From: Candidatus Multivorans thiocomprendens
GTDB lineage: Bacteria; Acidobacteriota; Thermoanaerobaculia; Multivoradales; Multivoraceae
NCBI GenBank assembly: GCA_027493375.1
Contig: JAPVWO010000059.1
Span: 6,507-70,506, forward strand
Direction of reading: 5' to 3'
DNA length: 64,000 bases
The translations under genes were made by a program, and so were the position numbers. Under the pieces are notes generated by a model. The model worked only from the letters and a program-made list of their open reading frames with translations. It did no database searches and was not told the origin of the DNA. Numbering within the stretch: position 1 is the stretch's first letter; every line of letters begins with the position of its first letter. Below, one piece after another: positions 37,733-47,653 of this stretch.

Positions 37733-39334
37733 TCAACGCCACGCCCACTCCTGGAGGTTCGCCAGGGGGCTCAGGGCGTTCGGCGCCACGGATTCGAGTT
37801 CAACGTCGAACGCGGCCAGGCTCAGCGGTTCCCACAGCACCAGCATCGGCTGGTCGTCGTGCAGGATGCGCTGCAGCCGGTGGAGGTCTTCCAGGCCGGC
37901 CGAGGGGTCGGGCCGGACGGCGAAGCTGTCGAGCAGCCGATCGACTTCGGGGTTGGCGTACGCGGCGTAGTTGTCGCCGCCGGGGATCGATTGGCTGTGG
38001 AAGGCGTAACGGAGGTCGAGACTGGTGTCGATCGCGAAGGCGGAGGCCGCGGCGTCGAAGTCCTTGTCGCGCATCCGCTGAATCAGGGCGCCGGATTCGA
38101 CGCGGCGGGGCCGGGCGTCGATGCCGACCGCGCGGAGGTCGGCCTGAATCATCTGCATCGCGTCCCAACGGGCGGGGGCGCCGGCGAAGGTCGCCAGCTC
38201 GAACCGGAACGGCACGCCGTCGCGGTCGAGGATGCCGTCGCCGTCGCCGTCGGTCCAGCCGGCGGCGGCGAGCGCGTCGCGGGCGGCCGGCGGGTCGTGG
38301 GGCCAGGGTTCGAGCGCGGCGTCGTGCGCCCAGACGCTCGAGATGACGGGACTGCTGCCGACTTCGGCGTTGCCGTGCAAGATGGTGGCCACCATTGCCT
38401 CCCGGTCGATCGCCATGGCTAGGGCGCGGCGGGTTTGAGCGTCCTGGAACCAGGGCTTTCGGGTGTTCCACGACACGAAGGTGAACTGGCGGTTGGGGTA
38501 GGCGATCAGGCGGAGGCCGGGCCGATTCGCAATCCGCTGCGCGTCGGTTGCGCCGAGCCCGCTGACGACGTCGACTTCACCCGAGAGCAGCAGGTTCGTC
38601 AGCGCGGCGCTGTCGGTCGCCGAACGCAGGATGATGCGCTCGAGGCGCGGGAGACCGTCCTCGAAGTAGTTCGGGTTGCGGCTCAGCACGAGTTCCTGGC
38701 CGGGCGTCCGGTTCTCCAGCAGGAAGGGGCCGCTGGTGACCAGGTTCTCGAAGAACCAGCCGGGGTCGCCGCGCCACTCGGCGAAGGGCCGCTGCTCCCA
38801 GGCGTGCTTCGGGAGGATGAGTCCGGTCGAGACGTCCGCCAGCACGGTGGGCAGGGCGGCGTCGAGGTGGAAGCGCACCGTTCCGGCGTCGATCACCTCG
38901 ACGTCGGCGATCGACTCCTTGGAGAACGAGTAGTCCCAGGCGACGTTCGCGTCGGTCTGAGCGAGCCAGCTAAACCGGACATCCTCGGCCGTCACCGGTT
39001 CGCCGTCGCTCCATAGCGCGTCCTGACGCAGCCGCACGGTGAGTTGCAGGCGATCCTCGGAGAACTCCCAGTCGGCCGCCAGAGCGGGCGCCCAGGTCGG
39101 CGGACCGTCGCGGAAGTCCGGTCGTTCCGCCATCAGCGGCAGGAAGAACTGGTTGCCGATCGCGCCGTACGAGAGTGTCGCGGGTCCGATCAGCTCGTTC
39201 GGCGTCGGATACTCGAAGCGCATGCCGACGGTGAGGCGCGTCGTGTCCCGCGGGATGTCGGAAGCGCAGCCCCAACCGAGCATGGCAGCCAGTCCGGCCG
39301 CCGCCAGGAGCCGCGTCGCAACCACGGGAATCAT
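37733..39334 (-). CDS. Family-5 ABC substrate-binding lipoprotein
   Basis: Lipobox-like WGC, PALAADW, WSDGEPVTAEDVRFS, GPF, RRALAMAIDR. Confidence 0.9.
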   Translation of the reverse strand: MIPVVATRLLAAAGLAAMLGWGCASDIPRDTTRLTVGMRFEYPTPNELIGPATLSYGAIGNQFFLPLMAERPDFRDGPPTWAPALAADWEFSEDRLQLTVRLRQDALWSDGEPVTAEDVRFSWLAQTDANVAWDYSFSKESIADVEVIDAGTVRFHLDAALPTVLADVSTGLILPKHAWEQRPFAEWRGDPGWFFENLVTSGPFLLENRTPGQELVLSRNPNYFEDGLPRLERIILRSATDSAALTNLLLSGEVDVVSGLGATDAQRIANRPGLRLIAYPNRQFTFVSWNTRKPWFQDAQTRRALAMAIDREAMVATILHGNAEVGSSPVISSVWAHDAALEPWPHDPPAARDALAAAGWTDGDGDGILDRDGVPFRFELATFAGAPARWDAMQMIQADLRAVGIDARPRRVESGALIQRMRDKDFDAAASAFAIDTSLDLRYAFHSQSIPGGDNYAAYANPEVDRLLDSFAVRPDPSAGLEDLHRLQRILHDDQPMLVLWEPLSLAAFDVELESVAPNALSPLANLQEWAWR

Positions 39335-39351
39335 CGTACACCGCGGCTGTC

Positions 39352-40704
39352 TTGTACCGTTCGAGCGTGTGGGACTGGATCGGCAGGGACGGAGGTCAAC
39401 GGCGCCGGCGCGCCTGGGCGGCGGTCCTCGGCGCCTTCGTTCTCGCCGACCTCGCCCTGTTCGGCTGGCTGATTTTCCGGTCGCTGTCCGAGCGGGAGCT
39501 GAACCGGATCGTGATCGAGGCCCGGACGGAGGCGGAGGACCTCGCCGAGCGTATCGCGGGCCGGGTGGAGAGCACCGGTCGCGACCTGTACACGGCGATG
39601 GCGACCGAATCGGAGACGCGCAGCTACATCGATTCCGTGCTGGTGCAGCGCGACATCGTCGAGACCGTCGAGGTCTTCGACAGCGAGGGTCACCTGGTGT
39701 TCCGCAATCGCCGGGACGAAACCCGCACCGACGTCGGAAGCCCGCCGAACCTGGAGTCGCCGTCGCTGGTCGCGGAGACGGTGACCAACCAGGTGCCCTA
39801 CGAGATCGTGACGGTACCGGTCGGCACGGTAGGCACCTTCCAGATCGGGATCTCGCGCAGCGAGCTGCAGCAGAGGCTCGTGGCCCTGCGCCGTGAGTTG
39901 CTGCGCCAGACCGCGATCGTCGCGGTGTTGACCGTCGCGCTGTTCGTGGCCGGCTACCTGCTCTACAGCCGCCTTTCGAGGCGGACCGCCCTGGTCGAGC
40001 GGCAGGCGCAGGAGGCGGAACAGATGGCCTACGTCGGCACCCTCGCTTCCGGCCTCGCGCACGAGATCCGCAGTCCCCTGAACTCGTTGAACCTGAACAT
40101 GCAGATGCTCCAGGAAGAGATGCCGGCGGGCTCCTCGGAGCGTCTGGTCGCGATCACGCGTTCGGAAGTCGGTCGCCTGGAACGCCTCGTGTCCGACTTC
40201 CTGAGCTATGCGCGTCCGGAGGAGCTGAAGCTCGAGCAGACGACTGCGTCCGAACTCCTGGGCCACGGCGCCGAGGTGGTGGCCGGCAAGCTCCGGTCCG
40301 CCGGCATCCCCGTGGAGATCGGCGACCGCAGCGGCGGCGTTCCCTTTCAGGTCGATCGAGAGCAGATGAACCAGTTGCTGCTGAACCTGATCGACAATGC
40401 GGTGGCGGCGATGAGCGACTGCGACCGTCCCGTTCTCCGCCTCGAAGCGGAAGCCCGGCCGGGATCGGTCGTGCTCGCGGTCGGCGACAACGGGCCGGGC
40501 GTCGCCCCCGCGGACCGGGAGAGGGTGTTCGACCTGTTCCACTCGGGACGTCGCGGCGGCACCGGCCTGGGACTCGCGATCGTCCGCCGCATCGCCGCCA
40601 CCCACGGCGGGCAAGCGCGGGTGCGGCAGGACGGGAGCGCCGGCGCCACCTTCGAGGTCGAGTTGCCGCTGTCGCCCCGTCGGTTGCGGGGCGATCATGG
40701 CTGA
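39352..40704 (+). CDS. Membrane sensor histidine kinase
   Basis: Two TM helices, LAHEIRSPL, NLIDNA, DNGPG, GTGLGLAIV. Confidence 0.9.
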   Translation: MYRSSVWDWIGRDGGQRRRRAWAAVLGAFVLADLALFGWLIFRSLSERELNRIVIEARTEAEDLAERIAGRVESTGRDLYTAMATESETRSYIDSVLVQRDIVETVEVFDSEGHLVFRNRRDETRTDVGSPPNLESPSLVAETVTNQVPYEIVTVPVGTVGTFQIGISRSELQQRLVALRRELLRQTAIVAVLTVALFVAGYLLYSRLSRRTALVERQAQEAEQMAYVGTLASGLAHEIRSPLNSLNLNMQMLQEEMPAGSSERLVAITRSEVGRLERLVSDFLSYARPEELKLEQTTASELLGHGAEVVAGKLRSAGIPVEIGDRSGGVPFQVDREQMNQLLLNLIDNAVAAMSDCDRPVLRLEAEARPGSVVLAVGDNGPGVAPADRERVFDLFHSGRRGGTGLGLAIVRRIAATHGGQARVRQDGSAGATFEVELPLSPRRLRGDHG

Positions 40705-43203
40705 CGTTCGATCCTCGGTACGATTCCGAACTGGGAGCGCTGGCTGTAGAGGCTTCCCCATGGTCCTTGTTCGACGTCCACGCCAACCGGGACGATGGGT
40801 ACGGTCAACGTCTCCGGGTCGGCACTCCTTCGGAGCAGCGGCGCGGCGGCGGAACAGGCGCCGGGCCTGCACTGCCGCGGCGGACCGACTTCGTCTCCGG
40901 TGTACAACCTGCCCCTGTTCAGCCAGTACCAGGCGCCGTCTTCCAGGCCGTCCGCTTGCAACTCGCCCGCGATCGGGTCGCCGTCGCCGTCGAAGCAGCC
41001 GGGCAACAGGGAAGCGATGATTCCGCTCTCGTCGGCTTCGAGCGGGTAGCTCCCGGTCCGGCCGTCTTCGCACGTCAGACGGAACGTGGCCGCGTTCCCG
41101 TCCAGCGGCCGGCCAACGACTCCGCCGTGACCCTTCCAGTAGGGCGCGACGTGTTCGCCCCCCCCCTTTCGTGTCGGTGAGGTGCGGGACGATCCCCATG
41201 AATCCGGTCCGATCGTGGGTCATCAGGGTGCCGTGAAGGCGTCCCGCAACGGTCAACACGAAACGGCGGTCGCCCCGGGGGTATGCCGTGATCCCGGCGG
41301 GGACCGGCGGTCTCAACCCTGGATTCAGCGACGATTCGCAGACCAAAGGGGCCAGCGCCACGTTCCTGTCGCCGTTGATCCAGTACCAACCGCCATCTTC
41401 TATGCCCTCGATCGCCAACTCGCCCCAAAGAGGCTGCCCGTCTTGAGCGATGCACGTGGACGGGCGGACGGCGCGCACGATCAGGCCGTCGTCGCCGGCG
41501 TACTCCCTGCTCGAGTACGAAGCGCCGCCGCATCGAAGCCGGAGTACCGCGGATCGCCCGTCGGACGGCCTGGCCGCGAAGCCGCCCGTGCCGCGCCAGT
41601 ACGGGGCGACCCGCGACTCGCACGCGGGCGGTTCCGGTGGCGGGTCGGGGTCCGGTTGCGGCGGCGGGTCGGGATCCGGTAGCGGCGGCGGAGTGTCGCG
41701 AATCGTGCCTTCGGCGGTCAAGCGCAGGGCCAGAACGGCCCGACCCCGCGGGACCGCGACGCGTACGGTGAACTCCTCTTCGTCCTCGACGAGGTCGTCG
41801 GTGAAGGCGGCCACGCGGATCTCGGCCGTTGCCGCCGTCTTCGCGGCGCCGATCGCCGGAACCGTCACGCTGCCCGTCGCGGCGGCGTAGTCGGCGCTCG
41901 TGGCCGTGCCGTTCGCGGTCCGAAAGCTCAGAGTCAGACTTTCGCCCCCGCGCACCGGCCAGGTCGAGTGCGCCACGCCGAAGCTCAGGAACGTCCCTTC
42001 CGGACCTTCGGCGTCCGCGAGGCGAAGGCAGGAGTACACGGTCAGCAGATTCCCCGTCCTCCGCGTCTCCAGCGCCGTCGGCAGGGTCGCCGAGGCGGCC
42101 AGGTCGTTCCCGCACAGGGAAAGCTCTCGAAGGGCGGTCAAGTCGTCCAACTGGGGCGAGACACCGCCGGTGAGGCGGTTCCAGGCGAGGTCGAGATACC
42201 GGAGGTTCGCGAGCGCGCTCAGGTCGGGTATCTCCCCGGTCAGGCTGTTGCGATGCAGCCAGAGCGTCCTGAGGCTGGTGAGCTTGCTCGGGTCCGGGAT
42301 GTTCCCCGTCAGTTCGTTGTCGGAGAGCACCAGTGACTGGAGGTTCGCGAGCGCGCTCAGGTCGGGTATCTCCCCGGTCAGGCTGTTGCGATGCAGCCAG
42401 AGTGTCCTGAGGCTGGTGAGCTTGCTCAGGTCCGGGATGTTCCCCGTCAGTTCGTTGTCGGAGAGCCTGAGCGTCCTGAGGCTGGTGAGCTTGCTCAGGT
42501 CCGGGATGCTTCCGGTCAGTTCGTTGTCGTCGAGCGCGAGTGTTCGGAGGCCGGCGAGCTTGCTCAGGTCCGGGATGTTCCCCGTCAAGTCGTTGTCGGA
42601 GAGCACGAGTGTTTGGAGGCCGGCGAGCTTGCTCAGGTCTGGGATGCTCCCGCTCAACCGGTTTTCGGTGAGATTGAGACTCTCGAGGTTGGCCAGTTCG
42701 CTCAGGTCGGGGATGCTCCCCGTCAAGTCGTTGCCTGCGAGATCGAGTTCCTGGAGGTTCGGAGGGAAGTGCGCGGCGACGATGCTCCCGCTCAGTTCGC
42801 TGGCGTGCAGCGTGAGGGACGAGAGGCTGGCGAGAGCGCTCAGGTCCGGGATGGTTCCGCCGGACAGGCCTTTCCTCCGCAGAGTCAGGCCGGCGACGCG
42901 GTTCTTGTTCGAAGCCAGGGCGATCCCGTCCCAGGAAGCGATGCTCAGCGTGTTCGTCCAGTTCAGGGCGCCCGTGCCCCGGAGTGTGTCCATGACGTTC
43001 AGCAAGGCGGCGCAGTCGCCGGCCAGCGCGACCGCGTCGCCTGGATTGACCGCGATGACGGCCGTGTCGCTGGCCGTGCAGGTCGCCTGCGCCGAAGCGG
43101 CGTTCGGCCAAACGGTCACCGTCAAGAGCGACCAAGCGGCGACGGTGAACCGGATCCGCAAGGCCCGCTCCCGTGGTCGGCGGATGTTCCTCTTGCTCGT
43201 CAA
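40695..43203 (-). CDS. Secreted leucine-rich-repeat / Calx-beta protein, frameshifted at a G9 tract (41158-41166)
   Basis: Signal peptide (..NAASAQ), about 11 LRRs of 23 aa (LSKLTSLRTLxLxxNxLTGxIPD), Calx-beta-like TANGTATSADY...DDLVEDEEEF, Pro/Asp linker, two copies of a VAPYWxGxGG...WYWxN domain, the second in another frame. Confidence 0.85.
42130..42860 (-). repeat. 69-bp coding tandem repeats (LRR units), including a near-exact 138-bp duplication
   Basis: Near-identical blocks starting at 42201 and 42339. Confidence 0.9.
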
Positions 43204-43306
43204 CTTGACGTTGGCGGGGCAATGGCGACGCTACTACATGGCCAGTGGCGTGTGCCGCTCGAGGTTGGGCCGGCGACCCTGTCGCGGCGCCAACCTTGTC
43301 ACGTCT

Positions 43307-43760
43307 TGTAGTGGCTCAGTACATATGAGACTCGGAGGTCCTTCAAGCCGCCGTGTTGTTTGGATACTGCCACGGCGTGAGTCCTCCGAGTGCCTGGTGC
43401 GGTCTTTGCCGCTTGTAGTGGTGGTTGAAGTCGTCGAGGCAGCGGTTGAGGGATTCGATCCGATGGGGCGGTTGGCAGGAGCCGTAGAACTCGTGTCGGT
43501 AGGTGGCCTGCGCCAACGGTCGACATGCTCTTGTGCTGGAACGTCGCGATACGGAAGAAGGTGAGAGCGTGATGGGTGCCAGGCGGTTGGGCTTGGCGCC
43601 CCTGCCGGTGCTGCCGCCGGTTGAGGCGGTGCCAGGCGGGACTGAGGAACCGCGGGACGTGAATAGGGAGATCGGACAGTAGGGAGAGTCGAGGTGATCC
43701 GGAAGGAACGCACCTGAACCCGACAGAAGGCTGCGTCCTCGCGGAACGTGATCCTCGGAA
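43307..43760 (-). mobile_element. Degenerate IS481-like transposase remnant with one terminal end
   Basis: Minus-strand YRHEFYG...LNRCLDDFNHHYKRQRPHQALGGLTPWQY integrase-core C-terminus, frameshifted upstream; end sequence TGTAGTGGCTCAGTACATATGAGAC at 43307. The 43760 boundary is approximate. Confidence 0.7.
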
Positions 43761-43878
43761 CGGAGGCGACCGCCATCGCGGCCGGGGCGACCCGGACCGA
43801 CTCGGAGTTGCCGGCGCAAGTGGAGGGCGCGCACCCGCGCTCTCGCCCACCGGCGCTGCCGCGAGCCGCTACACACCA

Positions 43879-43908
43879 TTGACCGTTTCGTCCGGCGGAT
43901 GCTACTGT
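43879..43908 (+). promoter_or_regulatory. Putative sigma70 promoter of the rplU operon
   Basis: TTGACC-N18-TACTGT with extended -10 TG, about 115 bp upstream of rplU. Confidence 0.45.
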
Positions 43909-44023
43909 CTGCCGCCGAAATGCCGCTGCGGCGGCGTAGAGCGGGTGCCGGACTCGTCCTTCGGCAACGCCAGATGACGACAACCGGCGCACGGAGCGAT
44001 CGGCGCGCCGCTGAGAGAGAACG

Positions 44024-44353
44024 ATGTACGCAGTGATAGAGACCGGCGGCAAGCAGGTCCGGGTCGAAGAAGGCGATGTCGTCGACCTGGAGCGCCTCGG
44101 CGGCGCCGAGGCCGGTTCGGAGGTGGTCTTCGACCGGGTGCTGATGATCGGTGGCGGCGAGGACGAGCCCGAAGTGGGCGAGCCGGTCGTCGAGGGCGCC
44201 AGGGTGCGGGCACAGCTCGTGAGCGACCTGCGCGGCCCGAAGATCGTCGTGTTCAAGTTCAAGCGCCGGAAGGGCTACCGCCGCCGCCGCGGACACCGGC
44301 AGGAGCTGCAGCGCTTCCGGATAGAAGCGATCGAACGAGACGGCGGGGCGTAA
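44024..44353 (+). CDS. rplU: 50S ribosomal protein L21
   Basis: [28 protein letters not shown]. Confidence 0.98.
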   Translation: MYAVIETGGKQVRVEEGDVVDLERLGGAEAGSEVVFDRVLMIGGGEDEPEVGEPVVEGARVRAQLVSDLRGPKIVVFKFKRRKGYRRRRGHRQELQRFRIEAIERDGGA

Positions 44354-44384
44354 GCCTCTCGCCGGAGCAACGGAGGTCGAAGAG

Positions 44385-44642
44385 ATGGCGCACAAGAAGG
44401 GCCAGGGCTCGAGCCGCAACGGCCGCGATTCGAATCCCAAGAACCTGGGCGTGAAGCGCTACGCGGGTGAGAGCGTGACCGGGGGCACGATCATCGTGCG
44501 CCAGCGGGGTACGCGCTTCTTTCCCGGCGAGAACGTGGGACGTGGCGGCGACGACACCCTCTACGCGCGCGCGGAAGGCGTCGTCGAGTTCCGCAACCGC
44601 GGCCGGCGCGGCACGGTGGTCAACGTCCATCCGGCCGGCTAG
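44385..44642 (+). CDS. rpmA: 50S ribosomal protein L27
   Basis: [24 protein letters not shown]. Confidence 0.98.
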   Translation: MAHKKGQGSSRNGRDSNPKNLGVKRYAGESVTGGTIIVRQRGTRFFPGENVGRGGDDTLYARAEGVVEFRNRGRRGTVVNVHPAG

Positions 44643-44666
44643 GCGTAGCGCCGCGGGGAGCGGCTC

Positions 44667-45728
44667 ATGCACTTCATCGACGAGGCCGTCATCGATGTCC
44701 TCGCCGGTTCCGGCGGAGACGGCTGCCTGGCCTTCCGGCGCGAGAAGTTCGTGCCGCGGGGCGGCCCGTCGGGAGGCGACGGCGGCAACGGCGGCGACGT
44801 CGTTCTGGTCGGTTCGCCCGGGCTCGGCACTCTCTACCGTCTCAGCTTCCCGGCCGCCTACCACGCCGAGCGCGGCAGGCACGGCGAAGGATCGAACAAG
44901 ACCGGCAGGAGCGGCAGCGATCTGGTGATTCCGGTGCCGCTCGGAACCGAGGTCCATGACGCCGCCACCGGCGAGCCGCTGGGCGAGGTCCTGGCCGAAT
45001 CCGACCACCTCGTCGTGGCGCGCGGCGGCGCCGGCGGGCGCGGCAACGCCCGCTTCAAGAGCGCGCGCCAGCGAGCGCCGAGGCGGGTGGAAGCGGGAAG
45101 GCCGGGCGAGCAGCGCCGCCTGCGCCTGGAGCTGAAGCTGCTCGCCGACATCGGCGTCGTCGGCCTGCCGAACGCCGGCAAGTCGACCCTCATCAGCAGG
45201 CTGACCGCCGCGAAACCGAAGATCGCCGACTATCCCTTCACGACGCTGGTTCCCCAGCTCGGCGTGGTCGGACCGCCGGCGCTGCCGGTCGAAACGGAGC
45301 CCTTCGTGATCGCCGACCTGCCCGGACTGATCGCCGGCGCCGCCCAGGGGGCCGGCCTCGGAACCCGCTTTCTGCGCCACGTGGAGCGTTGCCGTGTCCT
45401 CCTGCACCTGGTCGACCTCGGCCCACAGCCGGAGGAGGGAGCGGGCGCGGTTCAGGCGGCCTTCGACACGATCTCGGCTGAACTGGGCGCCTTCAACGAG
45501 GATCTGCTCCGCCGGCCACGAGTCCTTTGCGGCTCGAAGCTCGACATCGCGGAGCCGGATCGGCGACGCGAACTGGCCGCGCTGGCCCGGAGAGAGGGCG
45601 TGGAGGCGTTCGAGGTCTCGGCGGTCGCGGGAACGGGGCTCGACCGCCTGGTTCGTGAACTGCGCCGCCTTCTGGACGCGGACGAGTCGGCCGGCGACGA
45701 AGCTGCCGTGGAAGCCGCCCCGCCATGA
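44667..45728 (+). CDS. obgE: GTPase ObgE
   Basis: FRREKFVPRGGPSGGDGG, GLPNAGKST, DYPFTT, DLPG. Confidence 0.97.
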   Translation: MHFIDEAVIDVLAGSGGDGCLAFRREKFVPRGGPSGGDGGNGGDVVLVGSPGLGTLYRLSFPAAYHAERGRHGEGSNKTGRSGSDLVIPVPLGTEVHDAATGEPLGEVLAESDHLVVARGGAGGRGNARFKSARQRAPRRVEAGRPGEQRRLRLELKLLADIGVVGLPNAGKSTLISRLTAAKPKIADYPFTTLVPQLGVVGPPALPVETEPFVIADLPGLIAGAAQGAGLGTRFLRHVERCRVLLHLVDLGPQPEEGAGAVQAAFDTISAELGAFNEDLLRRPRVLCGSKLDIAEPDRRRELAALARREGVEAFEVSAVAGTGLDRLVRELRRLLDADESAGDEAAVEAAPP

Positions 45729-46378
45729 GGATCGCGCGGAGACGCGCCGACGATCGGGGCGAACGGCACGTGGGCCACCGCGCCGGGAGAGTTGGCCTGT
45801 TCGGCGGCAGTTTCGACCCGATCCACAACGGGCACATCCTGCCGGTGCTCGCCGCGCGGGAACTCCTGGATCTGGACGTCGTCCACTACCTGCCGACCGC
45901 CAGGCCGCCGCACAAGCCCCGGGGGACGGGGGCGCCGGCGCTCGCTCGGAACACGATGGTCGAGCTGGCGCTCCTGCCCTACCCCGAGCTGGTCGTCTCG
46001 GACGCTGAACTCGATCTCGGCCGGACCGCGTACACGGTGGACACGGTCGAGCGCTATGCGGCCGAGGACCCGGAGGCCGACCTGCACCTGCTGCTCGGCG
46101 TCGACAGCTTCAACGACCTCACGGCCTGGCGGCGGTTCGAAGACCTGATCGGCGCCGTCAGGCTGGTCGTTCTGGCACGGCCGGGCGAACGGGGCCTGGA
46201 TCCGGCGGTGCGCGCGGCGGTCGAGGGCGCGCGCGGCTTCGATCTGGTCCGGCATCGCTCGGTCGATGTCTCGTCGAGCTCGATCCGCCGCCGGCTTTCC
46301 CTGGGCGAGGAGGTCGATGCCGGCTTGATGCCCGCCGCCGTGCTGCGGTACTGTCGCAAGTACGGGTTGTACCGTTGA
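45725..46378 (+). CDS. nadD: Nicotinate-nucleotide adenylyltransferase
   Basis: GGSFDPIHNGH, PPHK, YTVDT, VSSSSIR. Confidence 0.95.
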   Translation: MRIARRRADDRGERHVGHRAGRVGLFGGSFDPIHNGHILPVLAARELLDLDVVHYLPTARPPHKPRGTGAPALARNTMVELALLPYPELVVSDAELDLGRTAYTVDTVERYAAEDPEADLHLLLGVDSFNDLTAWRRFEDLIGAVRLVVLARPGERGLDPAVRAAVEGARGFDLVRHRSVDVSSSSIRRRLSLGEEVDAGLMPAAVLRYCRKYGLYR

Positions 46379-46827
46379 CGCAACCGCAGACGCTACAGGC
46401 CCGGTTGGGCGCAATCTCCCCAAGTCCCGAGGGGACCCCTGACTCCGAGGAGCGTGTCCGCGCCGTCGCTGCCGCGGCGATCGACCGGAAGGCGCAGGAC
46501 CTTCGGGTTCTGGAACTCACCGACGTCAGCGACTTCACCGACTACTTCGTCATCTGCAACGGCGCCAACGCGCGCCAGGTGAGCGCGATCGCGGAGGCCG
46601 TGGAGCGGCGACTGCGGTCCCGCGGCGCCCGTCCCCTGCACCTGGAGGGGTCGGGACGCGGTCAGTGGGTGCTGCTCGACTACGGCGACGTCGTCGTCCA
46701 CGTGTTCGACCCCGAACGGCGGGAGCTCTACCGGCTGGAGCGCCTGTGGTCCGACGCCCCGGACCGGACAGCGGAGCTGGCTCCGGACGGAGGACCGGTC
46801 TCGCATGGCGTCCCTGCTGCGACTTGA
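46375..46827 (+). CDS. rsfS: Ribosome silencing factor
   Basis: DRKAQD, DYFVIC, WVLLDYGDVVVHVF, YRLERLW. Confidence 0.95.
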   Translation: MTQPQTLQARLGAISPSPEGTPDSEERVRAVAAAAIDRKAQDLRVLELTDVSDFTDYFVICNGANARQVSAIAEAVERRLRSRGARPLHLEGSGRGQWVLLDYGDVVVHVFDPERRELYRLERLWSDAPDRTAELAPDGGPVSHGVPAAT

Positions 46828-47026
46828 GGTCAACGGCCGCGAGCGGGAGCTGGCCGTGCCCGGGGCCGACGCCAGCGTGCTCGACCTGCTGGCGAGCCTC
46901 GATCAGCATCCGAAGACCGTGGCGGTCGAGGTGAACCGCGAACTCGTGCCGCGTGCACGGTTCGGCGACACCAGCCTCCAGGACGGCGACCGGGTGGAGA
47001 TCGTCCGTTTCGTCCAGGGCGGTTGA
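46805..47026 (+). CDS. thiS: Sulfur carrier protein ThiS
   Basis: VNG, VAVEVN, GDRVEIVRFVQGG C-terminal di-glycine. Confidence 0.92.
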   Translation: MASLLRLEVNGRERELAVPGADASVLDLLASLDQHPKTVAVEVNRELVPRARFGDTSLQDGDRVEIVRFVQGG

Positions 47027-47097
47027 GTGGTTGATCGGGTATAGTCGCCCGTCGCTGCCGGCCGCCCGAGCGGCTCGACAGAGGCGGCGCGGAGGCT

Positions 47098-47173
47098 GGG
47101 CCGCTAGCTCAATTGGCAGAGCAACAGACTCTTAATCTGTGGGTTCTAGGTTCGATTCCTAGGCGGCTCACCA
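47098..47173 (+). tRNA. tRNA-Lys (CTT)
   Basis: GGGCCGCTAGCTCAATTGGCAGAGCAACAGACTCTTAATCTGTGGGTTCTAGGTTCGATTCCTAGGCGGCTCACCA. Confidence 0.97.
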
Positions 47174-47208
47174 CGCCTCGCCCGTGGCGGCCTTCGCGGC
47201 ACGATCAG

Positions 47209-47293
47209 GCGAAAGTGGCGGAACTGGTATACGCGCCAGACTTAGGATCTGGTCCCGAAAGGGTTGGGGGTTCGAGTCCCCCCTTTCGCACCA
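47209..47293 (+). tRNA. tRNA-Leu (TAG)
   Basis: 85 nt with long variable arm; anticodon arm CCAGA-CT-TAG-GA-TCTGG; encoded CCA. Confidence 0.97.
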
Positions 47294-47494
47294 GCGGCGC
47301 GACCCGGTGGCGGACCGCTCCAGCACCCGTCCCCGGCCGGAAGTCGTCTGGACCAACAAGCCCCGCACCGCGGCGGCGGAAACGGCTCAGGGAGCCCACG
47401 ACCCGCTTGGTGACGGACGTTGCCAATGAAGCCCACCACTACCGAAGGCGGATCGTGGTTCCGTCGAGTTCTACCGTCAGCGTGTTCCAGCGAG

Positions 47495-47515
47495 GTGAAC
47501 GCTGTTGACGTTCGG
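47495..47515 (+). other. tig: Probable detached first 7 codons of trigger factor (MNAVDVR)
   Basis: Joining 47515 to 52542 gives MNAVDVRDVGVCRQEFEIEVPA and puts GFRKG at G44 (G43 in E. coli TF). Confidence 0.6.
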
Positions 47516-47653
47516 CTTCCGACTCGGATCAGATTCAGGATCAGAATGCGCCCGGGACGTGAACGAGCTAGCGGGGGCAGAGACTGCGGGCCCCTTGCTC
47601 TTGCGATTCGGCGACCGCGGGTCCACGTTAGGGTCAGGAGGCAGGAAGACGAA

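Noticed and set aside
38220..38260. DGDGDGILDRDG repeat in the ABC substrate-binding protein
   Set aside because: A common Ca-binding-like loop in family-5 binding proteins.
40697..41020. Remnant response regulator starting at ATG 40697 after the kinase
   Set aside because: No receiver-domain motif; the sequence is explained by the opposite-strand LRR C-terminus.
39331..41150. C-terminal ~600 aa of the 1290-aa ORF 39331-43203
   Set aside because: Read-through after the G9 frameshift, mostly antisense to a genuine histidine kinase.
42130..42860. Regular repeats as a CRISPR array
   Set aside because: They are in-frame 69-bp LRR coding units without unique spacers; no cas genes.
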